Shown here piece after piece: positions 39,487-49,373 of a stretch of DNA of 64,000 bases (position 1 is its first letter; every line of letters begins with the position of its first letter). The position numbers were made by a program, and so were the translations under genes. Origin of the DNA: Candidatus Heimdallarchaeota archaeon (GTDB lineage: Archaea > Asgardarchaeota > Heimdallarchaeia > Heimdallarchaeales > Heimdallarchaeaceae); NCBI GenBank assembly GCA_019057815.1, contig JAHLWR010000006.1, positions 32,001-96,000 on the forward strand, read 5' to 3'. The notes under the pieces were generated by a model that was given only the letters and a program-made list of their open reading frames with translations, searched no databases and was not told the origin of the DNA.

Positions 39487-40137
39487 ATGAGTATCTCTAA
39501 TCAGGTTCCTAACCCAGAAAATGAGCGAATTACTACAATATTAAAAATGTCTATATCGGCTTCATTAGCTAGTTTAGGAATAGTTTTATCATCTTTCGTG
39601 ATATTTGTACCTAACTTTGAATTCATATCTGTAACCATTTTCTTAATAGCTTTACTCCTTGGATTTCGTTATGGTATAATTTCAGCAATGATGCTCTCAC
39701 TTGTTTATGAGCTAATAGTTACACCGATTTTTGGTTCGGCTGGTTTGCTAATACCTGTAAAACTCTTATGTTATGGGATACTTGCTCTTTTAGGAGGGAC
39801 TATGAGACACGCGTTTCTAAAATTGTCTTTCTGGGAATTAGGTGTCTTTGGTGCATTATTTGCTTGTTTTTATGATATTTTAACAACTATATTTGGACAA
39901 TTGGTGATAATTCAAGAACAAATAACTTGGAACCATCTACTAACAGTTCTTATCTTTGGAATACCTTTTACAATTACCCACATTGTAGGGAACTTTGTTT
40001 TATTTAGTATGATTAAATCAATAATAAACCGGATAGAATCAGCATTCAAGTATAAAGGTGTTAAGTTTTTCCTTATTAGTGATGCAGCAGATTCTTCTGG
40101 AAACATTGAAACAACCTGTGAGGAAACTAATAAATGA
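39487..40137 (+). CDS. ECF transporter substrate-specific (S) component, CbrT-like
   Basis: About six TMs, VPNFEFISVTIF, GIPFTITHIVGN; next to a DUF4430 gene. Confidence 0.75.
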   Translation: MSISNQVPNPENERITTILKMSISASLASLGIVLSSFVIFVPNFEFISVTIFLIALLLGFRYGIISAMMLSLVYELIVTPIFGSAGLLIPVKLLCYGILALLGGTMRHAFLKLSFWELGVFGALFACFYDILTTIFGQLVIIQEQITWNHLLTVLIFGIPFTITHIVGNFVLFSMIKSIINRIESAFKYKGVKFFLISDAADSSGNIETTCEETNK

Positions 40138-40556
40138 ATCGCACAAAATATTTTTTCTTGAGTTTAAGCATTATTTTATTAGTTGTTCTTGGATGTGGCC
40201 TCGGCTTTTATATCATTAAACAGATTAAACCTCAATATGTAGAGGGGAATATTGTGATTACAGCAATAATTGATTACGGAAGTTTAAGGGTAGATAACTA
40301 TGAAGAATATAATGTTACTATTTCGAACGGTAGCACTGCTTTACAAGTTTTTATGAAAATTGCTGATTTGGATATAGTTAATCATACGTTTGGTTCTTAT
40401 ATTCGAGGAGTGAATGGGTACAAAGAACAACTGCCAAACTACTGGGCTTTTCACTATTTTAAACAAATATCACAAACATGGTACTATTCCGAAGTTGGAG
40501 TAAGTGCTTATTATGTTCAAAATGGTGGAAAAATAAAACTTGCATATACTGGTTGA
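40134..40556 (+). CDS. DUF4430 / transcobalamin-C-like membrane-anchored binding protein
   Basis: N-terminal TM, GSTAL, FGSYIRGVNG, YWAFHY, SEVGVSAY. Confidence 0.8.
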   Translation: MNRTKYFFLSLSIILLVVLGCGLGFYIIKQIKPQYVEGNIVITAIIDYGSLRVDNYEEYNVTISNGSTALQVFMKIADLDIVNHTFGSYIRGVNGYKEQLPNYWAFHYFKQISQTWYYSEVGVSAYYVQNGGKIKLAYTG

Positions 40557-40623
40557 ATTTATGAATATAAAAATGAGTTTGAAAAACACATATTATAAGT
40601 GAAACAACTGGAGTTTTGGATCT

Positions 40624-41496
40624 ATGAATTTCCTTTCATTAACTTATAGAGTTGAGAAAACCATTTTCATTCCGATTTCAATCTTATTAACAGTCAGCGG
40701 TTTAATAGGGTGGTTATATTCTCAAATTAATTATACTGTAACATTCTTTACAGAAGGAGAGGGTGGTTATGGAGCTCAAACCATAGAAGGGCTTTTTCTA
40801 GCATTAATGGCCATTTTAGGCGGATTTATAATAGTTTTTATCATGCGAAAAAAGTTAATAAAAATTCTACAAGTTTTTTATTCCTTGGGAATATTTCTTT
40901 TGATAGTAGTTTTTTCTTGGTTACACAGTTATTTTCTAAACAATATGTTTTTTGAAGGATACTTAGTTGTAGAAATTGTTGGTGTACTGTTAGGTATAAT
41001 AGTAGCTGCGACTGCGTTAATAACAATAGTTTTTGGTAAGGGTAATCAATTTGTTAAGAATGTTATAATCCTTGTAGTGAGTATTATAGTTGGGACTGTG
41101 ATGGGTGTAATTTTACCTATGGGTACTTTTCTCACTCTTATAATTATTATCTCATTATTTGATATATATTCTGTCTTTAAAGGACCCATTTCTTCAATCT
41201 TTAAACAAGAAGAAAAACCGTCCCTTTCTAAATATTCTAAACAAATAGGAATTTTTGAAATGAGGATAGGAATTGGGGATTTAGTTTTTTACTCTGCATT
41301 GGTAGTTTTTTCAGTAACATATTTTAATCCCATTTTAGGATTTGCTGCATGTATAGGTATTTTAACAGGTGTAAAGATAACAGAACATTTTCTGTTAAAA
41401 TTTCAAAAGTTTCCAGGCTTACCCATTCCTATCTTTATTGCTCTTTTTCTAGTACTAATTGGGTGGATTCTTGATAATTTTGTATTATTTTTTTGA
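40624..41496 (+). CDS. Presenilin/SPP-family (A22) intramembrane aspartyl protease
   Basis: ISLFDIYSVFKGP, IGIGDLVFYS (GxGD), PGLPIPI (PAL motif). Confidence 0.88.
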   Translation: MNFLSLTYRVEKTIFIPISILLTVSGLIGWLYSQINYTVTFFTEGEGGYGAQTIEGLFLALMAILGGFIIVFIMRKKLIKILQVFYSLGIFLLIVVFSWLHSYFLNNMFFEGYLVVEIVGVLLGIIVAATALITIVFGKGNQFVKNVIILVVSIIVGTVMGVILPMGTFLTLIIIISLFDIYSVFKGPISSIFKQEEKPSLSKYSKQIGIFEMRIGIGDLVFYSALVVFSVTYFNPILGFAACIGILTGVKITEHFLLKFQKFPGLPIPIFIALFLVLIGWILDNFVLFF

Positions 41497-41587
41497 ATTT
41501 TTCACATGTGTGTCCCCAATTTCATTATGCTCACAAAAATCAAAAGGTTTAAAATGAGAGCTAAAACGTAGTAAATCGGAGATATAC

Positions 41588-42001
41588 GTGTCAGCTAGGA
41601 AATTTAAATATAGAGGATTTACATTGGATGAACTTAAACAAAAATCCATGGATGAGATCCTTGAATTACTTCCCTCTAGAAGAAGGAGAAGCTTATCTCG
41701 CCAAGAATTCTGGACAACTCGTAGAAAAAAATTATTAGAAGACATAAGGGTATCTGTAGAAGCAATTGAAAGAGGAGAACAAATAACCGTCAGAACACAT
41801 ATAAGAGATATGCCTATACTTCCTGAAATGGTGGGAGCCACAGTTGGCATTTATAATGGAAAAGATTTCATTACAGTGGAAATCAAACCACAAATGATAG
41901 GTCATATACTTGGTGAATTTTCTCCCTGTACAAAGGTTGTGCGACATGGATCACCTGGTATTGGAGCAACAAGGTCTTCTCTTTATGTTCCGCTTAAATA
42001 A
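41588..42001 (+). CDS. rpsS: 30S ribosomal protein uS19 (archaeal S19/eukaryotic S15 type)
   Basis: FKYRGFTLDEL, VRTHIRDMPILPEMVG, HGSPGIGATRSSLYVPLK. Confidence 0.97.
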   Translation: MSARKFKYRGFTLDELKQKSMDEILELLPSRRRRSLSRQEFWTTRRKKLLEDIRVSVEAIERGEQITVRTHIRDMPILPEMVGATVGIYNGKDFITVEIKPQMIGHILGEFSPCTKVVRHGSPGIGATRSSLYVPLK

Positions 42002-42075
42002 ATCCATTTATCGTATTTTAGTTTTCCATTTTTTATGCAAAATTTTTAAAGTAACCGTGTTGCAGTAAGCATACA

Positions 42076-42450
42076 ATGTCCCATTCAGAAGATAATGTAG
42101 AACTTGAAGAAATAAAAGATTCAAAAGCGTTTCAAAGACTTAAAAAGAAAGTAACAATTGACCTACTATGGATTTGGGTTCTAAAACTGCTAAAAGAATC
42201 ACCTAAATATGCTTATGAATTGAAAAATGAGATGAGTAAAAAGTTTGGCTTCACTCCAGCAACAGTTACTAACTATAAAGTTCTTTATCTTTTAGAAAGA
42301 GAAGGTATTGTTAGGAAAGCTGAGATGAGGAGTGGTACAGAAAGAATAGATAGAAAATATTATGAGATAACTGAGATTGGAGATAAACTACTAGTAGAAG
42401 CAAAAGAATATTTTATACAACTGTTCCAAAAACTATTTCCTGACGAATAA
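42076..42450 (+). CDS. PadR-family transcriptional regulator
   Basis: LWIWVLKLL..PKYAYEL..YKVLYLLEREG..RKYYEIT. Confidence 0.88.
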   Translation: MSHSEDNVELEEIKDSKAFQRLKKKVTIDLLWIWVLKLLKESPKYAYELKNEMSKKFGFTPATVTNYKVLYLLEREGIVRKAEMRSGTERIDRKYYEITEIGDKLLVEAKEYFIQLFQKLFPDE

Positions 42451-42664
42451 TAGCCCAAACAACAAAGATTATTTCGAGATTAACTGTTGTAGTTATGTTA
42501 TTTATAAACATCAGCTGTTTTTTATAAATGGAAAATAATTTTGATACTTTTGGGGTGACTAACTGTTTCCATAAACTTGGACAAACCTTGTGCTCATTTT
42601 TCAACAGATTTAAAAGTTAAATTTTAAAGAGATGTTAGGTTATTATTATGAAGGTGATTTAAGC

Positions 42665-42946
42665 GTGCCTAAAAAAAGAAAGTCGGGCGGTAGGTCCGGT
42701 GGTAAGAGAGGTCGATCTAAACTTGTACAATGTCACTCATGTGGTCAACTTGTTGCACAGGATAAAGCTAAAAAATTTACAGTTTTTACAAGCGCTGTTG
42801 ATTATCGATTGGCAAAAGAGCTTCGAGATGAAGGAGCTATTATCCCTCGAGTAAGTAAGATTGTTTATTATTGTGTTTCTTGTGCCATACACAGACATAG
42901 GATCCATATCAGGAAAAAGTCTGATAGAAAAGGAAAAGAAAGGTAA
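42665..42946 (+). CDS. rps26e: 30S ribosomal protein eS26
   Basis: PKKRKSGGR, CHSC..DKAKK, YCVSCAIH; GTG start at 42665 follows GGTGA. Confidence 0.95.
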   Translation: MPKKRKSGGRSGGKRGRSKLVQCHSCGQLVAQDKAKKFTVFTSAVDYRLAKELRDEGAIIPRVSKIVYYCVSCAIHRHRIHIRKKSDRKGKER

Positions 42947-42986
42947 AAATTTATTTCCTTTATTTATCCTCTTTCGGGGGATTAGT

Positions 42987-43571
42987 TTGTCTCCACAATT
43001 AATTTTTATAATTCCGACACGAACTGTTCGTTTGGATTCTTCAAAGAAAATTAGAACTGTAGTATCTGGTAAGGAACGTGTTGATGTTCTTGCTCGTTGT
43101 CTTTTTAGTCTTCATAGATGGCAGTCACGATTGAAATATGATATAAAACTTGTTTTTTACTTATCGCATCCTCAGGAAGAGAAAGCGATTATTATTCCTT
43201 TGCACAATTTATCTGAAAAAATTGATGACGAGTTTAAAGCTACTCACCTTATGATACACCTTCTTTCATCTCCTGAAGTTTTTAACTGTGAAACACAAAA
43301 AATTAGTTTCGAAGAATTATTACTTCATACTTCTGCTAATTCAATCATTTATTATTTGACACCAAATGGATTACCATTTTCAGATGTGAAAAAAGAGCTA
43401 TCTAGAAGTGATTCACTTTGCTTTGTTTTGGGAAGTCAACATGATTTGACTCCTGAACAAGAAAGTGTAATGTGTAAGATTGGTGCTCTTCAGATAAGTT
43501 TGGGTCAACTCAACTATCTAGCTTCTCATGTTCTGACAATTATTTGTCACTGTTTGCTTGATACACTTTAA
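42987..43571 (+). CDS. trmY: SPOUT methyltransferase, tRNA pseudouridine54 N1-methyltransferase-like
   Basis: RVDVLARC, FVLGSQHDL, ISLGQLNYLASHVLTI; start placed at TTG 42987 to avoid overlap with eS26. Confidence 0.7.
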   Translation: MSPQLIFIIPTRTVRLDSSKKIRTVVSGKERVDVLARCLFSLHRWQSRLKYDIKLVFYLSHPQEEKAIIIPLHNLSEKIDDEFKATHLMIHLLSSPEVFNCETQKISFEELLLHTSANSIIYYLTPNGLPFSDVKKELSRSDSLCFVLGSQHDLTPEQESVMCKIGALQISLGQLNYLASHVLTIICHCLLDTL

Positions 43572-43752
43572 AACAGTAGCCTTTCTTAATTAAAATACAA
43601 ATTTATCTTTTGAATATAGCGTTTTCGTGACCAATTCTGTGGAATCAGATATAATCACATCAAGTATTTTTCTTCTACTAGTTTTCTTAATTCATTTTTA
43701 CTATTATTTCAAATAAAAACAGAAATAAATAAATTAAACATAATATGAATCA

Positions 43753-44148
43753 ATGGAAGATGTAAAAGTGGACATATGTTATTATTGCGGGAAAAAGCAT
43801 GAAAATCATCAAACCTTATTTCAATGTAAGAATTGTGGCAATATCGTTCGAATATGTTCAAACAAGAAAAACTTCTTTGTTTATCTCTTAGAATGTAAAA
43901 ATAGAACAATCTATACTGGAATAACTACAGATGTAGAGCGTAGAATCTCTGAACATAGAAGAGGTTTGGGTTCTAAATATGTTGTGAAAAAGGGAGTAAA
44001 CAGACTCTTAGCTACATGGATTTGCACAAACAGGAGTGAAGCTCTACGTTTAGAATACAAGATTAAACAGTTATCACACGCGGAAAAAAGGCAAATGGTT
44101 TCTCGTTGGAATAATATCGAAACAAAAGAGCCTTTTCCAAAAAACTAA
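43753..44148 (+). CDS. GIY-YIG nuclease (UPF0213-like) with N-terminal Cys-rich Zn-finger
   Basis: FVYLLEC..IYTGITTDVERRISEH..G, RSEALRLEYKIK; CYYC..CKNC. Confidence 0.85.
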   Translation: MEDVKVDICYYCGKKHENHQTLFQCKNCGNIVRICSNKKNFFVYLLECKNRTIYTGITTDVERRISEHRRGLGSKYVVKKGVNRLLATWICTNRSEALRLEYKIKQLSHAEKRQMVSRWNNIETKEPFPKN

Positions 44149-44302
44149 ATGTAAGTTTGTTAGAAAATCAATTTGGAGATAAACCATATACTGAAGATAA
44201 GTCATGCGCTTTATCTCTATTCTAGATTACAGATCCATAGTAATATGTTTAGGTGTACAAGCTAATAAAATAGTCATTAAAAACAAAAAATGGAAAAAAG
44301 AA

Positions 44303-45634
44303 TTAAAGAAATCCTTTCTCTTTCAAGATGTCCTCTAAGGTAGGATAACCGATTTCGCTAAGTTCATATTTAACACGAACTATAGGTTTGTTGACCTTAA
44401 CTAAACGGGTAATGTCGATTGGTGTAGCTGAAACAACAACATCACAGTCAACAGCGTTGATGGTCTCTTCCATATCCTTGAGTTGTTGATCGAAATAACC
44501 CATCGCTGGTAACAATACACCTATTTCTGGATATTTTTCAAATGTTTCTGACATTGATCCTACTAGCCATGGACGAGGATCGATTATCTCTCCTGCTCCA
44601 AAACGCATAGCTGCAACTATTCCTGCTCCAAAAGCCATTTCACCATGTGTTAGTGTTGGACCATCTTCAATAACTAACACGCGTTTTCCTTTGACGAGTT
44701 CTGGTTTATCGACAAAGATTGGTGAAGCTGCTTCGACAATTATAGCATCAGGATTAATCTCACGAAGGTTCTCTTCTAATTCAAGGATATCTTCATAATC
44801 AGCAGTAACAACTTTGTTGACTATGATAACATCAGCAAGATTAACGTTGATGGCTCCTGGATAGTATTCCCTTTCATGACCTACTCTGTGTGGATCTGCA
44901 ACTACAATGTTCAAGTGCTTTTCAGAGGTATAGAATGGGAAATCATTGTTACCACCATCCCAAAGGATAATATCTGCTTCTTTTTCTGCTTCACGTAAAA
45001 TAGCTTCATAGTCAACACCAGCATAGATTACAAGACCTCGATCTATATACGGCTCATATTCTTCACGTTCTTCGATGGTAGTTTCGTGTTTATCTAAATC
45101 CTCATAGGTTGCGAATCTTTGAACAGCTTGCTTAGCAAGGTCACCATATGGCATAGGATGCCTAATCGCAACAATCTTCTTACCAGCTTTTCTTAACGTG
45201 TCAACAATTTTTCTACTAGTCTGAGATTTACCACAACCAGTTCTAACAGCACAAACAGAAATTAATGGTTTGTCCGTCTTTACTTGTGTATCCTTTGTAC
45301 CAAGCATGGAAAATCTTGCACCAGTAGCATTAACTAATGCTCCCTTGGCCATGACATAATTATTTGTAACATCGCTATAACTAAAGACTACTTCATCAAC
45401 ATTGAGCTCTTTAATCAAGTGACATAAATCTGCTTCATCATAAATTGGTATTCCATTGGGGTAGAGTTTACCAGATAGTTCAGTTGGATATTTTCTATCC
45501 ACAATGTCAGGAATTTGTGTTGCTGTAAAAGCAACTATTTCGTATTTTGGATTATCACGATATAAAGTATTAAAATTGTGAAAATCTCTTCCAGCAGCTC
45601 CCATTATGAGCACTCTGATTCGATCTGAAGACAT
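44303..45634 (-). CDS. COG2403 P-loop NTPase (cyclic 2,3-diphosphoglycerate synthase-like; possible arginine synthetase)
   Basis: GAAGRDFHNFN, AVRTGCGKSQ, RHPMPYGDL, WDGGNND, EDGPTLTHG. Confidence 0.8.
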   Translation of the reverse strand: MSSDRIRVLIMGAAGRDFHNFNTLYRDNPKYEIVAFTATQIPDIVDRKYPTELSGKLYPNGIPIYDEADLCHLIKELNVDEVVFSYSDVTNNYVMAKGALVNATGARFSMLGTKDTQVKTDKPLISVCAVRTGCGKSQTSRKIVDTLRKAGKKIVAIRHPMPYGDLAKQAVQRFATYEDLDKHETTIEEREEYEPYIDRGLVIYAGVDYEAILREAEKEADIILWDGGNNDFPFYTSEKHLNIVVADPHRVGHEREYYPGAINVNLADVIIVNKVVTADYEDILELEENLREINPDAIIVEAASPIFVDKPELVKGKRVLVIEDGPTLTHGEMAFGAGIVAAMRFGAGEIIDPRPWLVGSMSETFEKYPEIGVLLPAMGYFDQQLKDMEETINAVDCDVVVSATPIDITRLVKVNKPIVRVKYELSEIGYPTLEDILKEKGFL

Positions 45635-45780
45635 ATAAAAACCTCAAATTAACTTCTAATCGTACAAGTTACTGTACCATGACCAACTTAAACAAGAGTT
45701 TTTTAAAATTTCTGATTTGACATTACATTTTTAGTGTTTTTTAGATTTGATTTGTATAGATTGGAAAACAAATTGCTGCT

Positions 45781-46536
45781 TTATTCTTGCGTTTTTAAGT
45801 AAAAATACATGAATCCATTAAAATTTTTTGTTATTATTATTGGTTTTTTATCATCAACCCATCTTGGTATTTCTATACCCTTCTTAATTAGACATGATTT
45901 TATTCCTATATTATAAGCTCCCACGATGTCTGCTTCATATGAATCTCCAATCATGAAGGCTTGTTCTTTTGTTACTTCTAATTTGTCTAGTGCGTGAATA
46001 AAGATTTTTTTGTGAGGTTTTGGTTTTCCCACTTGTTCACTTGTTACATATCCATCTACAACTTCTAATAAATTCGTTTTTTTGATTCGTTGTTCTTGAA
46101 CATAATGAATGCCATTAGACACTATAAAAAGATTAATTCCTCTATTTTTTGCTTTTTTCAACAAACTTAGTGACTTCGGATCGAGCGTAGTATTTTTTAT
46201 CAAATAACTAAGGTATTCTTCATCGATTTTCTTAGGACTATCTTCAAAGGCATATTTTTCCTTCATTTTCTCAAATCTCTGAATCCTAACTTCTTCTAAT
46301 GTAAGAGTGTTTTTCTCAAACTCTCTCCAAAGGCTATTATTTATCTTTTCGAAATCATTTTTTCCAGCCTTCAAAACTTTTTTTGGTAACTTATGCTCTT
46401 GAAATAATTGTTCAAGAGCTTTGTCTGCAGCTTTTTTATAGTCAACAAGCGTGCCATCAAAATCAATTAGGAGTGTTTTTGTTTTTCTAAAAACATCCAA
46501 AACATCATTTTTCGTGAAAGGAAGGACACAATCCAT
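45781..46536 (-). CDS. HAD-superfamily hydrolase (YjjG-like nucleotidase)
   Basis: DFDGTL, SNG, KPHKKIF, GDSYEADIVGA. Confidence 0.9.
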   Translation of the reverse strand: MDCVLPFTKNDVLDVFRKTKTLLIDFDGTLVDYKKAADKALEQLFQEHKLPKKVLKAGKNDFEKINNSLWREFEKNTLTLEEVRIQRFEKMKEKYAFEDSPKKIDEEYLSYLIKNTTLDPKSLSLLKKAKNRGINLFIVSNGIHYVQEQRIKKTNLLEVVDGYVTSEQVGKPKPHKKIFIHALDKLEVTKEQAFMIGDSYEADIVGAYNIGIKSCLIKKGIEIPRWVDDKKPIIITKNFNGFMYFYLKTQE

Positions 46537-46596
46537 AAATATAAGAGTTTTAGTTCTTAAAAAGTTTAACTAATAAAGGAGGTATTATTTGTTTAT

Positions 46597-46848
46597 CTAT
46601 AAATTCGGTTTTTTCTTTTCTCCAATCTTTTTATTTATTATTTTCTGGATGATAAGTAGACCTATAATGGATAGAAGTAATCCTGTTAATGTTCCTGCTA
46701 TCATAGCAATTGCTTTTATTTGAGTTGGTGATTCTTTTGTAGCAAAAAAGGCTATTGCCATACCCATGATACTGAAAACAATTGGTGCGGCTAGTCCATA
46801 AGTTAACATCTTCTTTGTTACATTAAATTCTGTTTTCTTCTCAGTCAT
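46597..46848 (-). CDS. Small two-TM membrane protein
   Basis: Two hydrophobic helices, basic tail, GGTGA upstream. Confidence 0.7.
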   Translation of the reverse strand: MTEKKTEFNVTKKMLTYGLAAPIVFSIMGMAIAFFATKESPTQIKAIAMIAGTLTGLLLSIIGLLIIQKIINKKIGEKKKPNL

Positions 46849-47163
46849 ATTTTCACCAGTGATTGAAGCCCTATCATAACTTGTTTTAATATATGTCTTT
46901 ACTTTTTCTATTTCCGAAAAGATAAGAAAAAATAGGGTAATGTCTACGATTTGAAAGAAAATATCTATGAATTAGTTTATTTGCGAGAAACAATCTGATT
47001 TTTTTGAAACTTACTATTGTGATTATACTGATCTTTCTCATTCTTTTTCATAGGCACTTCGTTTTGTGAATATTCTAGTATATCTTACATGTTCATGCAA
47101 TAACGTGTGTCACAAACAAAATAAGATATAAATCCCTTCATTTTTCTATATTTGCTGATAATC

Positions 47164-47973
47164 ATGTCCGATATTGCGATAAACTCCAATGGCTTAATTG
47201 GAGAAGGTTCTGATGTTCTTATAGTGTTGGATGACAAAAAACGTTGGATAGTCAAGGTGAAAAGCGGAAAACAATTTCATTGTCACAAGGGATATTTTGA
47301 CTATGATGAAATAATTGGGAAACCCTATGGCATAAGACTCCTTACTAGTAAATCCACCCCTTTAACAATTTACAAACCTCTTCCAAGCGACTATTTGAAA
47401 AATATCTCCCACAGTTCACAAATACTTTACTCTAAAGATATTGGCGCAATTTTATTGAACGGTGGTATTTCTTCTGGTTCCAAGGTAGTAGAAACTGGTA
47501 CGGGAAGTGGGGCACTAACTTCTATTTTAGCAACTTACGTCAAGCCTGAAGGACATGTTTATAGCTATGAAATAAGAGAAAACGCCTTTAAAACAGCAAC
47601 AAAGAACATTGAGAAACTTAATCTTACACCTTATGTTACATTAAAACATAAAGATGCTAGTTTAGGGTTCGATGAGGAAAATGTTGATGCTGTGGTTCTA
47701 GATTTGGGTAATCCTATAGAGGTGATACATCACGCTTATGATGTTTTACGTCCTAGTGGCTTAATGTCTATATTTCTCCCAACCTATAATCAAATTGAGA
47801 AAATTTTCGAGCAACTTAAGCTGCTCAACTTTGGTGATATAACAGCAATAGAACTAATAAAAAGAGAAATACAACTTAAGAAGAATGCAATACGTCCTAA
47901 AACCTGGATGGTGGGACACACAGGCTTTCTAATATTTGCAAGAAAAATGCACAAAAATAATTTAGAAAGATAG
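47164..47973 (+). CDS. trmI: tRNA (adenine57/58-N1)-methyltransferase
   Basis: QILYSKD, VETGTGSGALT, YEIRE, VLDL, RPKTWMVGHTGFL. Confidence 0.93.
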   Translation: MSDIAINSNGLIGEGSDVLIVLDDKKRWIVKVKSGKQFHCHKGYFDYDEIIGKPYGIRLLTSKSTPLTIYKPLPSDYLKNISHSSQILYSKDIGAILLNGGISSGSKVVETGTGSGALTSILATYVKPEGHVYSYEIRENAFKTATKNIEKLNLTPYVTLKHKDASLGFDEENVDAVVLDLGNPIEVIHHAYDVLRPSGLMSIFLPTYNQIEKIFEQLKLLNFGDITAIELIKREIQLKKNAIRPKTWMVGHTGFLIFARKMHKNNLER

Positions 47974-47993
47974 AAAGAAAAAAAGTAATACTT

Positions 47994-48587
47994 TTAAGAG
48001 TATTTCTTTTTAGCTCTTCTTTCTTTAAGCCACCCGTAGATTAGATAAAGTGCGACTATACCTATACCTATCGCGAAAATGGTACCTATTAAAAGAACTG
48101 CACCTGATGAACTGGATTTAGCAAGAACTCTAACCTCAAGATTATTAATCAAATAAAAATCTCTTGCAACCGGTCCTACTGTTGAATTGTAAGGATTCGC
48201 AATGACAAAGTATATTGAAACATTGTACGTTGCTTCATAATTGGTTATTTCTGCTTGTAATGTTGCAGTATATGTCTCGTTTGGACCAATTGTTCTATGA
48301 TCAAAATCTAGTCCGACTGTGTAAGTTATATCGTATTGGGTGTTATTTTCAGAGTGAATAAAATCTGCATTAAGTGATATAATTTCCACAGAATCGTCCC
48401 CTAAATTTGTTGCCGTACCATGAAAATTCACTATAGAACCTCGTGTGATAACTGTCTCAGAGATAGAGCCATCCATTACAATTATCAACTCCTCTTGTAG
48501 AGCATTAACATTATATGCAACGCTTGCAAACGCCATAGCTAGAAATATAACTAGCGAAATAATTTTCCTATTGCTTATTGTATTCAT
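47994..48587 (-). CDS. Secreted Ig-like protein with C-terminal TM anchor
   Basis: Signal peptide, beta-rich CARDB-like core (ATNLGDDSV..IGPNET), TM followed by KERRAKKK. Confidence 0.7.
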   Translation of the reverse strand: MNTISNRKIISLVIFLAMAFASVAYNVNALQEELIIVMDGSISETVITRGSIVNFHGTATNLGDDSVEIISLNADFIHSENNTQYDITYTVGLDFDHRTIGPNETYTATLQAEITNYEATYNVSIYFVIANPYNSTVGPVARDFYLINNLEVRVLAKSSSSGAVLLIGTIFAIGIGIVALYLIYGWLKERRAKKKYS

Positions 48588-48598
48588 AAAAATCAGCT

Positions 48599-49231
48599 TT
48601 ATTCTTTTATTAACATCAATGAGAGTTCTCTTTTAATATCTTCATCATACCTTTCTAGTCTTTTTTCATAGGTGTTGTCGATTCTTATTTTACCATCTAA
48701 AATCTGCAAAATGACACCACCTCTGCAACTTATAAACTTATCAGCTAAGCTAAATTTTGTATCAATTTTTGCATCTTTTTTAAGCTTTTTAGAAATCCCA
48801 GCCAAGAATTCTTTTGTTAAAAGTTTTTCATCTTCTTTACGACAGCAAATTACTAAATCTGGCTCTTCTAGGGTACTAGCTGCATCAAAAATCAGTTTCT
48901 CTAAACTTTTAGAGTATTTCTCAGTCTTGGTTAAGGTTTCTATTTTTTTTAGAGATTCCTCAATAAGATCTTCAACTAACTTATCTTGAAATTTAGTTTT
49001 TTTTAGTCTAATTTCTAATTTTTGTTTTGCTTTCTCTTTTTGAAATTCTGATTCAGCTTGTTCAGAAGCCTCCTCTATTATCCTCTCTCTCAATTTTTTT
49101 ATTTTTTTCTCAGTTTCTGATGAAATACTCTCTATAGTTGCTTTTTGTTCTTTATCAATTTGTTTTATCTGAATTTCTGTTTTTGCTTTGATTTTTTCGA
49201 TTATTTCTGGGTTAAAATATTCATCGCTCAT
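48599..49231 (-). CDS. A/V-type ATP synthase subunit E (stand-alone)
   Basis: N-terminal coiled coil; C-terminal ISCRGGVIL..DGKIRIDNTYEKRL signature. Confidence 0.85.
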   Translation of the reverse strand: MSDEYFNPEIIEKIKAKTEIQIKQIDKEQKATIESISSETEKKIKKLRERIIEEASEQAESEFQKEKAKQKLEIRLKKTKFQDKLVEDLIEESLKKIETLTKTEKYSKSLEKLIFDAASTLEEPDLVICCRKEDEKLLTKEFLAGISKKLKKDAKIDTKFSLADKFISCRGGVILQILDGKIRIDNTYEKRLERYDEDIKRELSLMLIKE

Positions 49232-49373
49232 TCTAAATACCCCTATTGGTCAGAGATGTTGTTTTGGAGTTCAATACACATCTTATAAGAATTGTGGTTT
49301 GATTTTTTTAGCAGGAAAATTCTGATATTTTACCATTATTTCAAATAAAGTGTAGGATAGGGGAAAATAAATT

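Noticed and set aside
42632-42986. ORF-track N-terminal extensions of eS26 (from 42632) and the TrmY-like gene (from 42861)
   Set aside because: Homology-like sequence starts at GTG 42665 and about TTG 42987; the longer starts create an implausible overlap
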